Assembly (NCBI GenBank): GCA_951406725.2
Contig: OX597822.1
Location: 22,196,001-22,260,000 of the forward strand
DNA length: 64,000 nt
Source of the DNA: Octopus vulgaris
Lineage: Eukaryota
Direction: 5' to 3'
A program made the translations under genes and the position numbers. The notes below the pieces were generated by a model. The model worked only from the letters and a program-made list of their open reading frames with translations, did no database searches and was not told the origin of the DNA. Below, piece after piece: positions 13,003 to 26,454 of this stretch (its first letter is position 1; every line of letters starts with the position of its first letter).

Positions 13003-13798
13003 CATATATAAGGCAGTAAACCCCAAGAAACTTACCTTCTACATTGAAAACTCAGAAGTGCAGTCTACATTTTCCTTTATATTAATAATAATATTTTCTG
13101 CTACTGCTGTTGTTGTTTTTACACCAAATAAATAGGATGTATAAAATATGGTGAATAAAATCATGCAAACAAATATACGAGATAAAATGCATGAAGAATA
13201 TATAACAGCAGCAATGATTGGTAATGATGATGTTAAGAATAATAAAAATAACAATGATAATAGCAGCAACAAAAACAAAAACAAAATCAATAATAATAAT
13301 AATATAAATGATGTAGAACTGCATAAGGAATAAATATAGGAGACAAAATATTATTAAGAAAACAAATATATCACAAAAGCAAAAAGCTAATGAACAAAAT
13401 TAGTACAGCAATTCAAAGATATTGTTATTTTTTATAGAACTAAAATTTCAAATTGGAATAAATGTTCTGGAAATGAACTCAATCTTACATTCCCCTGAAT
13501 GGAAATGGATGTTAGTGGTTTGAAAACCCATCCTCTATAATGTTTGTTCTCCTATTACCACCAAGTAAATTGTTACTATGTAACACTACTATGACCACCA
13601 CAAAAAGTGCTATTACAGCCCCCACCCCCTGCTATACCAATAACACAAGTTACCCCCCTATACCACCAACACAAGTACTACCATCTTTATCTGCAACATA
13701 CACACACTCATACATGTATACATACATCCCTGCATGTCTATATATATGAGTTTATAATTTCCAGGAAATCTATGATGTACTAAAAATGTGGGTGCGTT

Positions 13799-13836
<38 letters not shown>

Positions 13837-14500
13837 AGTATATACTTTCAGTTATGCATGTTTGTGTGTGTGTGCATGTGTGCATTTCATATTTAATACA
13901 CACAATCACATGGTTAGATGAGTGAATGAGTTGATGGTAGTGAGGATGAGAGGAAGTTTTTGATTATAACTGGAGCTTATATTAAGAAACAAGCATAAAA
14001 AAGAAAAGAAAAGAACAAAAATAATAATAAAAAAAATAATAAATAAATAAAAAATAGAGAGATAAAATATTATTCGAGAAATAATGATATGTCGGCAAAA
14101 TCTAATATATAAAAATTTGATGAAAATAAGTAATTTTATTGGTTGCATTCATTCTATAATAACTATCTTTGCAAATTGGACAATTTCCCTCTCTCTTTTT
14201 TATATGAGCCCATTTCCCTCCCGTAATTCCCCCGACCCATACTATATTTTACGATCATATTTAGCACATATTTGTGCACACTCAGATGAGGGAAGACCTT
14301 TTACTGCAGACTAGTCTCAGGTGAAAATTCTCATCATAGTATGTATAAAAGCACATTATTGGACTATGAATGCTGTCAGAATATTGTGGGATATATGTGG
14401 TTTTGCAATGTTATTCTTTGGCTGTAATGAATACCAAATCATTCCTTCACAGCCCTGTAAGGATGGTTCTTCATACATATATATATATATATATATGAGT

Positions 14501-14812
14501 GGAGGTGCAATGGTCCAATGGTTAGGGCAGTGGACTCGCGGGAGTAGGATCGCAGTTTCGATTCCCAGACCAGGCGTTGTGAGTGTTTATTGAGTGAAAA
14601 TGCCTAAAAGCTCCACGAGGCTCCAGCAGTGGGGTGGGTGGCAATCCCTGCTGTACTCTTTCTCCACAACTTTCTCTCACTCTTTCTTCTGTTGGCCTGC
14701 TCGCTTAGCTATTGGGGTGGCATCATTTGACAGCTAAAACAATGCCAAGCGCTTTGTGACCAGTGTTGTCTGGCAACATCTGATAGCTTGGTTGGTCACT
14801 GTGATCATGGTG
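14501..14812 (+). mobile_element. tRNA-derived SINE (family B head, alternative tail) inserted in (TA)n
   Basis: First ~110 bp align with 5473-5585; the 3' half differs. (TA)n on both sides. Confidence 0.8.
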
Positions 14813-16704
14813 ATATATATATATATATATGAAGAACAGTAAACAGTACATTGCTGATGTGCTGGAAATATCTGACACATTATAATGTTGAATGAAACAG
14901 TTGTTTGCACAGTCATATTTAAGCAGGTTCATGTTCACTAAAAATTTGTAGGCAAATTGCTACATCTTCAATAGGTTCTTCTTCACAGGAATCTGCTCCA
15001 GATTTGTGAAACATGTAAAAATGGGTCTCATAACAACTGTCCTGGTCCTACTATACTGTTTTATCACCCCCTCTTCCAGTGCTATAAAACTGATAAAGAC
15101 TGTCACAAACGACTACCTTCTGTATTAACTTCTGTCATTTTTTCCTTCTCAGTAGCTCCCTCTACCATAGAGCAAGGTCTACTTCTGCATACATACATTA
15201 CACACATTTATATCTTTGAAACTTTGCTGAAAGCAGCAGCATCATCTTTGTCATTGACGAAACCCCTTGCTTATGACTGGCATAATAACATCTTAAATTA
15301 AATTGCCTGTCTGTGAAGTCAGTCCATATCTTGTTTCTTTGAACAAACATCTCTTGTCAGACTGTTCTATAGCAGCATGCCCACTCTAATTCAAATCAGC
15401 AATAATAAACACTAACTTCAGCCATGTTTTCACTGCCCTTCTGAACACTAATGGGTTAGTTGTTATTTACTTCTAACAATACACACATACATACACACAA
15501 AGGCACACACAAATGAGTGTGCACACTCACATACTTTTTTCTGCTGGTAGTTTGCCCATCATACTGCCTAGGCTTTCACTGAAACTAAAAACTTCATGCC
15601 TAGCCTACACTGCTTCTATAAACTTAGACCTTAGAATGATACTTCAATGAGAACATAAACTAGTTTTTCATCAACATCACCAAAGCACAGTCACAATTGA
15701 TATAAAGAAACCAGTCTTGCAATACCATACCTCTGTACTCATGAAAAACTTACAGCTAAAAATTCACAAATTGCTATAAATACTAGGCATATGACAACAA
15801 TTTGCTCTTTCATTTGTTAATTTTACATAAGTTTTTCCATGCTAAGATTGGTTGGATGACTGTTATTGATGTATTAGTTTATGAAAGATGCCCTTCCAGT
15901 TGGTAATCCATATCCAGTTTTGGGAAGGGCGTATAGCTGTAAAATAATGATTTGATTCTTACAGTGTATAGCTGTAAAATAATAGTCAAGACTATTGAAA
16001 AGGTTGCAAGACACAACAAAAATTTTAGGAAAATAAAAATAAGAAATAAGTGGAAATTTTACCGGTGAGTGTGTTACATTATAAGGCACAAAAAGAAAAT
16101 GACTCTCCCCAGACACAACAGAATATGCTTCAACACATGAACTCAAATAAAGAATCTTGTAAACCAAATCCAAAAACGAAATATAATGCTTTAATAATAA
16201 TCTTTAATTTAGCTTGGTGACACATTGCGAAACTATCTTCCAAAGGCTGAGCATTGTGTTTGAAGTGGGAAACTGCTTCAATCAAATGAACCTCCTCAAA
16301 GCTCAAGAAATATCTATTTTAAAATCTACATAAGTGACAGGAGCAGTATTAATACTGAAATGAAATATTTATCCCCACTTAAACATGAATGTTCTGTTAG
16401 AACAAACTATACTGTGATTGATGCCATGAGAGAAACTCTCATATTGGCTTTGGTGAAAATACACTCTTGTTTATATCGCTAGCATGGAGAAAAATTCCTT
16501 CCACCTCCAGCACCAAGACCACCACATCACAAGATTTGAATCTTCCTTGGTCTTGTCAATGATGGACACTTGACCACTTTCCCACAGGTTGTGCCATAAG
16601 CTCTCTAACTGTTTTTAGTTGCTTTTAAATTCCTCTATATTATACATGAAATACCTCCACAATAGCTGAATTTGTTTTACTGCAAGCAGGTTATCCTTTA
16701 TTTT

Positions 16705-17015
16705 TCACTTGTTTCAGTCATTTGAACTAATCAACCTCAGTACTTAAATTTTTTGGTAAGCCTGGTACTTATTTCATTAGTCTCTTTTCCTGAACCACTT
16801 AGTTACAAGAACATACCAACACCAGCTGTCAAGCAGTGGTGGGGTATAAGTACACAAACACATATGATGGGCTTCTTCCAGTTTCCATCTTCCGAATCCA
16901 CTCACAAGGTTTTTGTTGGTCAAGGCTGTAGTAGAAGACACCTAAAATGCCATGCGGTGGGAGCCAGAACCATATGGTTATGAAGCAAACTTCTTATCAT
17001 ATAACCATGTCTGCA
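16705..17015 (-). mobile_element. SINE family A, degenerate
   Basis: Homology to family A (cttgtttcagtcattt...ccactcacaagg...agtagaagacac). Confidence 0.8.
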
Positions 17016-17258
17016 CCATTGTGTTCAAATCAACTGCTAAGATACTGTGTATCTCAATGTTTGGTCAATGTTCTAAATAATTTAACGTTGGACAAGCTGG
17101 AAATGTGATAACAGATATTCGATTTTAATCTAATTTTTTTGTTTACTTTTCTAAACATCATTAATTATAATTATTTAATGTAAATATATTTGAAATACCA
17201 ATTTAATGTTCATAGATATAAAATATCAGTTATTATATTGTACCTATGTATTAGATTA

Positions 17259-17605
17259 GGCATGGCTGTGTGGTAAGAGGCTTGCTTCTAACCCACATGG
17301 TTCTGGTTTCAGTTCCACTGCATGGTGCCTTTGGCATGTATCCTCTACTGTAGTCCTGGGCCAACAAAAAATTGTGAGTTGATTTGGTTGAAGGAAACTG
17401 ACAAAACCCTTGTATACATAAATGTCTATACTCATGTATCTTTGTATAGGTGTTTGTCACCCATTGCTGGTTTGTTTACATCCCTGTAACTTAACTGATA
17501 GAATAAGTACCAGGCTTAAAAACGAGTCCTGGGGTGATTGGTTTGACTAAACCTTTTGAGGCTGTACTAAAGCATGGTTACAGTCCAATGACTGAAACAA
17601 GTAAA
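17259..17605 (+). mobile_element. SINE family A, degenerate
   Basis: ggcatggctgtgtggtaag head ... gatagaataagtacc ... atgactgaaacaagtaaaa tail. Confidence 0.8.
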
Positions 17606-18016
17606 AATGAAATAAATCTACATTATAGGAAGTATAAGATATTGTGTTTATACTAAATGATCCCATTTACAAGGTACTGGAGTTCCACCTTACAGAATAT
17701 TTATATTTGCTACAGGAATTTTCATTATATTTCTCGATTCAGTATACATCTTCAGAAATATATTGCAGGGACTTAGTTCTGTTTTTGTCTTTTTTCCTTT
17801 TTGTAGTGGTCGGGAAGGAGATATGTTTCTCTTGTTGATTAACACACTATCAAAGAGAACTTGTCTCTCACCTCCTTCATGCTAAAATGTGTAATAGTGT
17901 CTGTTTTTCCTGAAATAATAGAACATTTATTATCAAAACAAGAACATTTCACCATCATCATACTTCTGTTTCTAGACATGAGTAAAAGAAAAGATGAAGT
18001 GATGGGTAGATTGGCT

Positions 18017-18056
<40 letters not shown>

Positions 18057-19018
18057 TGTGTGTTTTCTCCCCTGAGTTTGTTCATTTCACATTTTAGCCC
18101 ATTTATTGATTTTAACGTCTTTCTTTCATTCTTTTTTCTTTCTCTTCTCTTCCAATGTTATTAATACCACCACTATAACCCTTATTTCTTCTCTACCGTA
18201 ATTTATATTCCTTTCCTGTAGTGGAAATAATAGGGAGGTAATGTAGACACTTCATCGCTGACTTCTGTGTTATATTCTGCATATTGCTTATATATATATT
18301 CTTTATTTTAGTTTATTTCACCTGTTTGTATTCTGCTGTCACTCCAAGTGCAATCCAACCTCTCTGCTTCTTTCTCACCATATAAATCATACATACACAT
18401 ACAGGAATACATATGATTTTCTCTACCTACTGGCCCTGCCTTCTTTATCAAGCTACACTCTTCCATTGAAAAATTCTATCACATCAGCAATTTAGGAATA
18501 GATTTTTAAAAAGTTTGTCTTCAATGAAATTTCAGAGTTTCCAATAATTATAGATGTTTCCTTGTAAATGATTCAACGAAAACAAGACAGTCTTGTTAAT
18601 TCTCTATAATCTTGAATATAAAATTTCTTTTAACACTGCTGGCCATTACTACAGTGAAACCTATAATCTAGTTGAAATATTCCAGAATGGAATGCTTGAA
18701 AGAATTCAATACATTCTGATATTTCTTGTTCTCTTTTTTCCCTTTCTGTGAGTATGTGTGCATGCATTAGTGTGTACATGTGTGTGTGTGTGCATGTGTG
18801 TGTGAGCCTCTCTTTCTCGCAAACACACACACAGAGATTTATAATCTATATATAAAATTTAATAGATATTAAATTACACACACATGCACATGTGTATGTA
18901 TGTGCGTGTGTATATAATATTATACACACATACATGTACATGTATCTGTATATATATATTTATAAAATTATACACATCTGTATGTATTTATCTATATATG
19001 TTTGCGTTTATGTATGTA

Positions 19019-19024
<6 letters not shown>

Positions 19025-19086
<62 letters not shown>

Positions 19087-19092
19087 TGTGTG
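19025..19092. repeat. (GT)n microsatellite
   Basis: Direct reading of the sequence. Confidence 0.95.
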
Positions 19093-19488
19093 TATACATA
19101 CACATATATTTAGAAACAATTAAAGAAATAATCTGTACATATAATTATGTGTACACTTTTAAACAAAGCTGTATCATTTCCACTTGATGTGTCTGTGTCC
19201 AAAATGCACCATTCAATTTGTGCTGTCCAAACAATTGAAATTATATTCTATTTGATGCTATCTCTATAGAATGGAGATTGCAACATAAACAAAACAAATC
19301 ACATGACTTACTGCATTTTTAACCTATATCACTTATCAAACTATATGTGACCATCACCATTGTTTTACTGTTCTTTTGTCAGTCTGGCACAGTTCAGGTA
19401 CATTTCACTGAAATATATCTTTCTATGTATTTTAATCCAAACTTACTTGTGAAGCCCAAAGCTACTACATTCTCATTGTTTTGAACTA

Positions 19489-19493
<5 letters not shown>

Positions 19494-19521
<28 letters not shown>

Positions 19522-19578
19522 TGTATGTATGTATGTATGTATGTATGTATGTATGTATGTATGTATGTATGTATGTAT
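19494..19578. repeat. (TATG)n tetranucleotide microsatellite
   Basis: About 21 perfect units. Confidence 0.95.
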
Positions 19579-19586
19579 GCATGTGT

Positions 19587-19802
19587 GGAAGGGGGATGAA
19601 AAATTCCTGGCTTTGGGTAAAAGAAAACACAGGAGGATCAGTAAATTATGATTTTATTCAACATATTCCCCTCTCAGATTCACACACCTATTGCAGCAGA
19701 CCTTCGGTTTCTCTAAGCCCTGTAAACGAACTTGGAAATTTCGGCTTCCAATCAGGCCTTTCATGACATCCTTAAAGCCAAAAACTTTTCAGCATCCCTA
19801 TG
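19587..19802 (-). mobile_element. Mariner-derived MITE, copy 1
   Basis: TIRs ggggatgaaaaattcctggcttt / aaagccaaaaacttttcagcatccc. Minus strand retains the transposase C-terminus (CVNLRGEYVE*). Two more copies in the window. Confidence 0.85.
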
Positions 19803-22800
19803 TAAGTCACAGATGCCTGCCAAAGTATAAGTCTACCGAAGAACAGTAGTAAAACTTCAAGTAGACTTCCACACAGCTTATATTAACATTCTGTTATGAG
19901 GTTATGTTCAGCTGAGTCTCTGGTAAAAAGCATCTAAGGCATTATACTATGGGCTTGAATCCAAATAACCTAGTTGCATAACAAACCTCTTAACCACACA
20001 GCTATCTATGACTTCTCCCATAACCAATGCTAGAGGAATCTCATTTGAAATTGCTGATCAAGTGAAAGTAAAGTGTAACTGCAGCCTGTATTGTCAACAA
20101 ACTGATCTAATGGATCCATTTAATATAGGATACATTTATTGGACATTATTTATTGATATAGAACTATTGATGCTATAGTTCTGATGCGACAACTACAAGA
20201 TAATGACTATTTAGATGAGTGACCATTTGAAGTGTAGCTCTGTGACTGCATTAAAAGCAGTCACACAGAGCTATACTTCAAATATTCAATCATCTAAGAT
20301 AGTTATTATCTTGCAGTTGTCCCACTTATGAAAAGGGGAACCTACACAATGCTGCCCTGTTACTCTCACCTTAACTGAGAAACATAATGCTTACAAGCAC
20401 TATGTAGTTGCTCAGCATGCAAGAAATGGCAACTAAATCACCTCCAAATTACAACTTTCCATCACAATACATAGCAGGAAACATAAAATAATATATTCCT
20501 ATTCTATCCTCACCACCAAAAAAAAAGGGGGGGGGAACAATTATTGCTGCACTATTAAAAACATACTTGCTGTTATTTCTAACCATGTGGTCACTCCTGT
20601 ACAGATGGCTGCCCTTTTCATATCTCCTTAGCCATTTTCCACACACAAATGTCATCATCCTGATACCTTATACCAGATCTGTACCATTTACAGAAGCAGA
20701 AAACCTCAAGGATATTCTTCAATAGGAGGCATGACAAATTAGTCTTCAATTCCACAGGAACACATATTTGCAATGGGAATTACATTATAAAAGCAGTGGT
20801 TCAATATGCTTCAGTAGAGGCTTGTTGCTAGGAATTTGTTCCATATTTATTTTTTTATTTATTTATTTGCAGCAGAAGGGTGGGAAATATTTTTCTTCAG
20901 TTGAATTAACATTCTATCCAAAAGAAAATTGTCTCACATTTTAATGTTAAGATGTGAATTGCAGTCTCTCTTTCCTGAAATAATAGGACATTTATTTTCA
21001 AAACAAGAATGTTTCACTACAATCATATTTTCATGCTTCGAGATATGAGTGAAAGAAAAGATGATATGATGGATGGACAGGCTATAGTTTATACATATGT
21101 GTGTGTGTATCTGTGTGTGTGTGTGTGTGGGGGGGGTGTATCTTGCTTTGTGTCTTAACCCTTTTATTGATTTTAAAGTCTTTTGTTCTTTCTCTTTTTT
21201 CTTCCTTTGTATGTTAAAACATATACCATGCAGAACTAAATCCCTCCAACTTGCTATAGGTTCTAACCCTTAATCTTTGACAATTTGAGGACTTCACACA
21301 GTTTTAATGCTATGGAACTCCTCAATCTGACTGCTTCTATTTCTAATGGCATCAACTTATAAAAGTTCAAACTAGACAACAATAGCAATATTATGCTCAA
21401 ACATCAGAAATGGCCACCAAAGATCACGGATGCCAGCCATCCTTTCATAAACAATTAATAGAAAAATTACTATAATTCCTTTTTGTTTCAATGTTATCTT
21501 CAAAAGCTTCATAAAATGTTTGTAGTTGCAATACAACTATACACATGTATCTAAAATGTATATTATAGATGCTCTATTTTTTTAGAAGTAATTTTTGAGT
21601 AACTTTCACAGTGAAAATTATAGTTTAAATGATCTAAAGGCTCCCCACCCTTTCTCTCTTTTTCCCCTTCTCTCTCATTATATGTATGTGTGTGTGTATG
21701 TGTGTGTGCACGCATGCATGCATGCATGCATAAACGTTTACCTCTCTCTCTCTATCTGTCATTCCCTCTATATATAAAAGTATTCTCTCCTACCTCTTAC
21801 TCTCTCTCTCTCTCTCATTTAGCTAATTGGTTATTTCTGCCAGCCTTTATATCTTCCCTCCAGAGCTCCTTAGCAGATCCAATCCTCTTTTTATTTGATT
21901 GAGTTCCTGTCCTTTCTAATAATTGCCACTTTCTCACCAGCTTTTCTCTCAGTTGCTTTCATCAACCCATTTTCACCCTATTTATGAATTGACCTTTTTA
22001 TTTCTTTTTGACCTTTATCAAAACAACTTATCTCTTATGCCAATTTATGGCTGAAATTGAAAAACAGCAGTTCTACTATTCATTATTTGCTAGCTAGCAA
22101 ATCAAATAAGTAATACCCTTTAGGATGATGCAGATCAATAATGTTAACATATTCACTTCAATTAAAAAAGGGTCGGGTGTGGGGAACTCGCCTGTAATCA
22201 TATACCAGTAGTTTTCAGCTTGTTGTTCAGCAACCCCTTTCATGAAATGGTTTTTTACAAACACCCCTCAGTATATTCCAAAAAACACAAAAAAAAACCA
22301 GAAAGAAACAGAAGATTGTTTTAATCAAACAAAAGCAATTTTTACACAGTGGCTTATTATGCATATTTCCATCAACAATTTCATCCATCCAGGATGTGCC
22401 TCATTTTAATTATTTCCATGAACTAGTGGCCCTATGCTAAATTTTTATGGAAATTACTAAAGAAGATGAGGTCTTAAATATTGAAATTATGTTAGACTTT
22501 GGCACATCATTAGTCATGTTTCAGCTCACTGATAACGATGTTCTATTTATATTTTAATCCCAACACACACACACACACACACACACATGTATGTGTGTGT
22601 ATATAAATATATATGTATATCATTGCCATCATCATTTAACAGCTGTTTTCTATGCTGGCATGAGTTGACTACTTGATAGGATCTGACTAGCCACAAGGCC
22701 ACATCAGAATCTAGTGTCATTTTAGGTATAATTTCTATAGCTGGATACTCTTCCTAATGCCACCACTTTACAGACTGTACTGAATACTTTTTTGTACCCC

Positions 22801-25800
22801 TGGTACTAGTGAAGTTGCCATGTAATTTGTAAGACTGAAAAAGATCAGGGAGAGGAAAAGTAAAGAGCTCCCACTTCTAAGTGGGGAGTATTTGTTAAAA
22901 GCCTAAAGTAAGATAAAGAGACAAACACAGGTGTTTTGCTAATAGAGGAAATACATAGTTAACCTCTATTGTATATAGAGATGGGGAGAAGTAGTTGAAG
23001 GAGATAAAAGAAAGGTAGTGACAGAGAGCTAGAGCAAACTCTCAAGGTACAAGATGGTGAGCATAAGAGAGAGGATATGGACAGTGGATCATGGGAGAGG
23101 AGGAGAGAGTGGATGCCTTCAAAGAGTGTGAAAGAAAGTTACAGATAATGAAAGATGAGGCTGGAAGTGAATTTAGTGGGTGATGAACAAAGGTAGAAGT
23201 GCAGTTGAGGGAATTACTAGTATGGAGAGGTGTAAGGTGAGAGATACAGAAATGGTTCAGGGAGGGGAATAGATTATTAGAAAGTAGAGGGATGATGTGA
23301 AAGGGTAGGAACAGTGGAGAAGGAGATAAAGAGGTACATAAGGGGACTAGAGTAAATAGGGTATAGTGGTAGAAATGAAAGGGCATTGAGAATGATAGCA
23401 GATAAGCAAGATGATGAGAGACATCAGTAGCTGAAGACACAGAAAGGGGTGATTGATGTGCCGAATGTAAGCAGGGATGATGATAAAAAAATGGAAGTGG
23501 TTCCAGAAGGGCAGGGAGAATGGGATGTGAGTAACATGAAGGGAGGGGTTGTTGTATGTGTCTGTTCAGCTCTCAGCCAGTCAGTACCATTGATAAGGGT
23601 GTGATAGTTGTTAGGAAATGAAAATTGACCGATGCCTTGTGAGCAAATACAATAAACAGAAACTGTATAGAAGCCCATCATGTGTGTGTTTGTGTTTTGC
23701 CCATTTTGATGTTGGTTGTTTGTATCTTCATAATTTAGCAGTTTGGCAAAAAGAGGCACTGAGAATAAGTGCCAGGCTTAATAAAACATAAGTAATAAGG
23801 GCATTTTGCTCAATAATAACCCTTCAAAGTGGTGCCCTTACATAGCTGCAGTCCAATGACTGAAATGTGTAAATGATAAAATATATTACAAACAGAGCGA
23901 GTGACAAAGTAATAACTTTCTTGATCACTTATATGATGGTCACATCTTCCTTAAATATATTCTTGCCATTTTGTTGAAAATAGGGAGTACATATGAGAAG
24001 TTCTGAAAATATATATCAGTATGCTACACAGAGTAACTTTCTTTAAAATTCTTTTCCTCATCATCATTATCATCATTCAATGTGCATTTTCCATGCTGAC
24101 ATGGATTAGATGGTTTGATTGGGACTGGTGAGCCAGAGAGATGTACCAGGCTTCAGTCTCATTTGGTTTGGTTTCCATTGTCAGATGCCCTTCCTTAAAA
24201 CCAACCATTCTAAGAGCATAGTGGGTGCCTTTTGCATGTCACTAGCACAGTTACCTTTTGCACATTACCAGCACTGTACACAACTATGATTTCAATTGGC
24301 TTGATGTGTCTTCTCAAGCACAACAAATTGCTAAAGGTCTCAATCACTTATCATTGCCCCTGTGAGACCCAACATCCAAAGATCATGCTTCACCATCCCT
24401 TATTTTCCTGGGTCTGATACTAGTTGGTAATGAGGTAAACCATGTTATGTTATCTGGTCAACTACAGTTTATAAGATACTATTTTTCCTTCTATTTTGAA
24501 TCCAGTTAAATTCACATCATGAGGTTGAAAAATTCTTGTTCTATAATATTACTGCTTTTAAAGTATTTCAAAGAGTCCAGGTTTACATTAAAGTATATGG
24601 TAAATATAGTAATAAAAATGATTTCTTCATTCATCAATCATCCATTCATTTATTTTAGGGACTGTAAGGATGGAGGTTAATGATAATGATCTTCCAGCAT
24701 TATTATTATCATAATCATCGCACACACTTCCATTATCATCCCACTCATCATTTCTCATCAGTATGAACATCATCATTGCCATCATCATTATCAATATATG
24801 AAAGAGCTAAAATAATATGAATTTAGATTAAAATCAATTTTTTTTTATTTTCATTTCTTTTCTTTTTTCTGAAATATTCCAGTTAGTGAAATTGAAAAGA
24901 TATTAGCCGGGACATTAATCAAAAGAGCAAAGACTTCAACCCTAACTCTTTCAATATACTTCCACTAAATTAAAATCTCCACATATTATTAAATTTCATA
25001 TCAAATGCATATGAAATCTCAAGATTACTTTGTAGTCTGAATGAAAAATGCATTTTCCTTGAACTAATGTTAACAAAATCTACAGAAACGAAATAAATAA
25101 TTCCTCCTTCTTACTGCATATTCATATATTATTTCACACCAACAGATTAAAAAACATTACACTGTTTTATTATTTCTCTTTTACATTTGTTATTTTAAAC
25201 TGATATATTTATTCATGAGAGGGAGAAAATGTTTTAAAATTATGTATGCCCTCCCTGTTCTCTTTCTTCTCTTATCTACTTTATACATATGTATATACTT
25301 GTGTGTGTTGTTAGTGTGTGAGCATACGTGTGTATTTTCTCTGGTTGTTGTTGTAACATTTTATAAACTCTGGAGTAATTCAAGATTCAATCATGTCTTG
25401 CATACTTTTATTTCTCTCTATCAATATTAAAGAGTATGTGAAGCATCACTGAATATTGAATTACACTAGAGATTACAGAAACTGTTTTGGAATATGCTCC
25501 ACTGGCACATGGGAGCATTTGTGACAATCAACTTGAAATCTGGTTGCAACAAATCAACCAAAAAGTAGTTTCTGTTGTAATCACTTCCCTCCTTAATAGT
25601 AACACCACAGAACATCATATAAAATCAACTTTCATGCTCAACAATAAAAACATGTCCTTCCCACACATACTCACACATCTGCAAGAAGAAATACTGGCAA
25701 TTACATACAACACCTCTACAATATAGAGAGCACACTTAGAAGATTATTGTAAAAAGAAAAGAAGATTAAAGACAAACAAAATACTTAGTCATTGCAGGTA

Positions 25801-25845
25801 CCACATTTGGATAACAGAAAGCAGTAAAATTAAACTACAAGCTAT

Positions 25846-26056
25846 ATGAGACGGTGCTGAAAAGTTCCTGGCTATAAGGGTATCACGAAAGGCGTTCCAA
25901 GTTCTTTTACAGGGCTTAGGAAAACTGAAGGACCACTGCAATAAGTGTGTGAATCTGAGAAGAATCTGAAGGGAATATGTGTAATAAAATCATAATTAAC
26001 TGACCCTTCTGTATTTACTTTTACCAAAAGCCAGGAAATTTTCAGCACCCCATCAT
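25846..26056 (+). mobile_element. Mariner-derived MITE, copy 2
   Basis: Reverse complement of 19587-19802, TIRs ggtgctgaaaagttcctggct / agccaggaaattttcagcacc. Confidence 0.85.
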
Positions 26057-26074
26057 ATATTGTATTGACCATGA

Positions 26075-26290
26075 AGGTAGCAAGTTTGCAGAATTGTTAG
26101 CATGCCAGGTAAACTGTTTAGAGGCATTTCTTCTGAGTTTACATTCTGAATTCAAATGTTGCCAAAGACAAGTTCACCTTTCATCCTTTCAAGGTTGAAA
26201 ATCTGAAGTAAAAGTTGAGAACTGAGGTTGATGTAATCAACTTAATATATCTCCTCAGAATTGCTGGCCTTGTGCCAAAAATAGAAAGAA
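26075..26290 (+). mobile_element. SINE family D, degenerate
   Basis: gcagaattgttagc...ttctgaattcaaat...cctttcatcctttc, homologous to the other family D copies. Confidence 0.65.
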
Positions 26291-26454
26291 TATATTATAT
26301 TTATCATGGATCATTCCAGACTAGCTTGGGCCTTCAACCTCTTGACAAACCCTCCACAAATTAAGTACACCTTATGTCATTATAATCTATCATTGGTTTA
26401 AACTCCATTACTTGTCCCTTAGGGGCTTTTAGCAGCCATGTCTTTCATATCACT

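Noticed and set aside
13039-13333. Asn-rich and hydrophobic ORFs on both strands
   Set aside because: Products of decayed (AAT/AAC)n low-complexity sequence.
14275-14335. cagatgag...gtgaaa as another hammerhead
   Set aside because: Core is mutated, and stem II and the cleavage-site geometry cannot be drawn convincingly.
24840-24965. Strong pyrimidine tract plus CAG at about 24881, a possible cassette exon
   Set aside because: Downstream frames show no peptidase similarity, hit stops, and no convincing GT donor follows.
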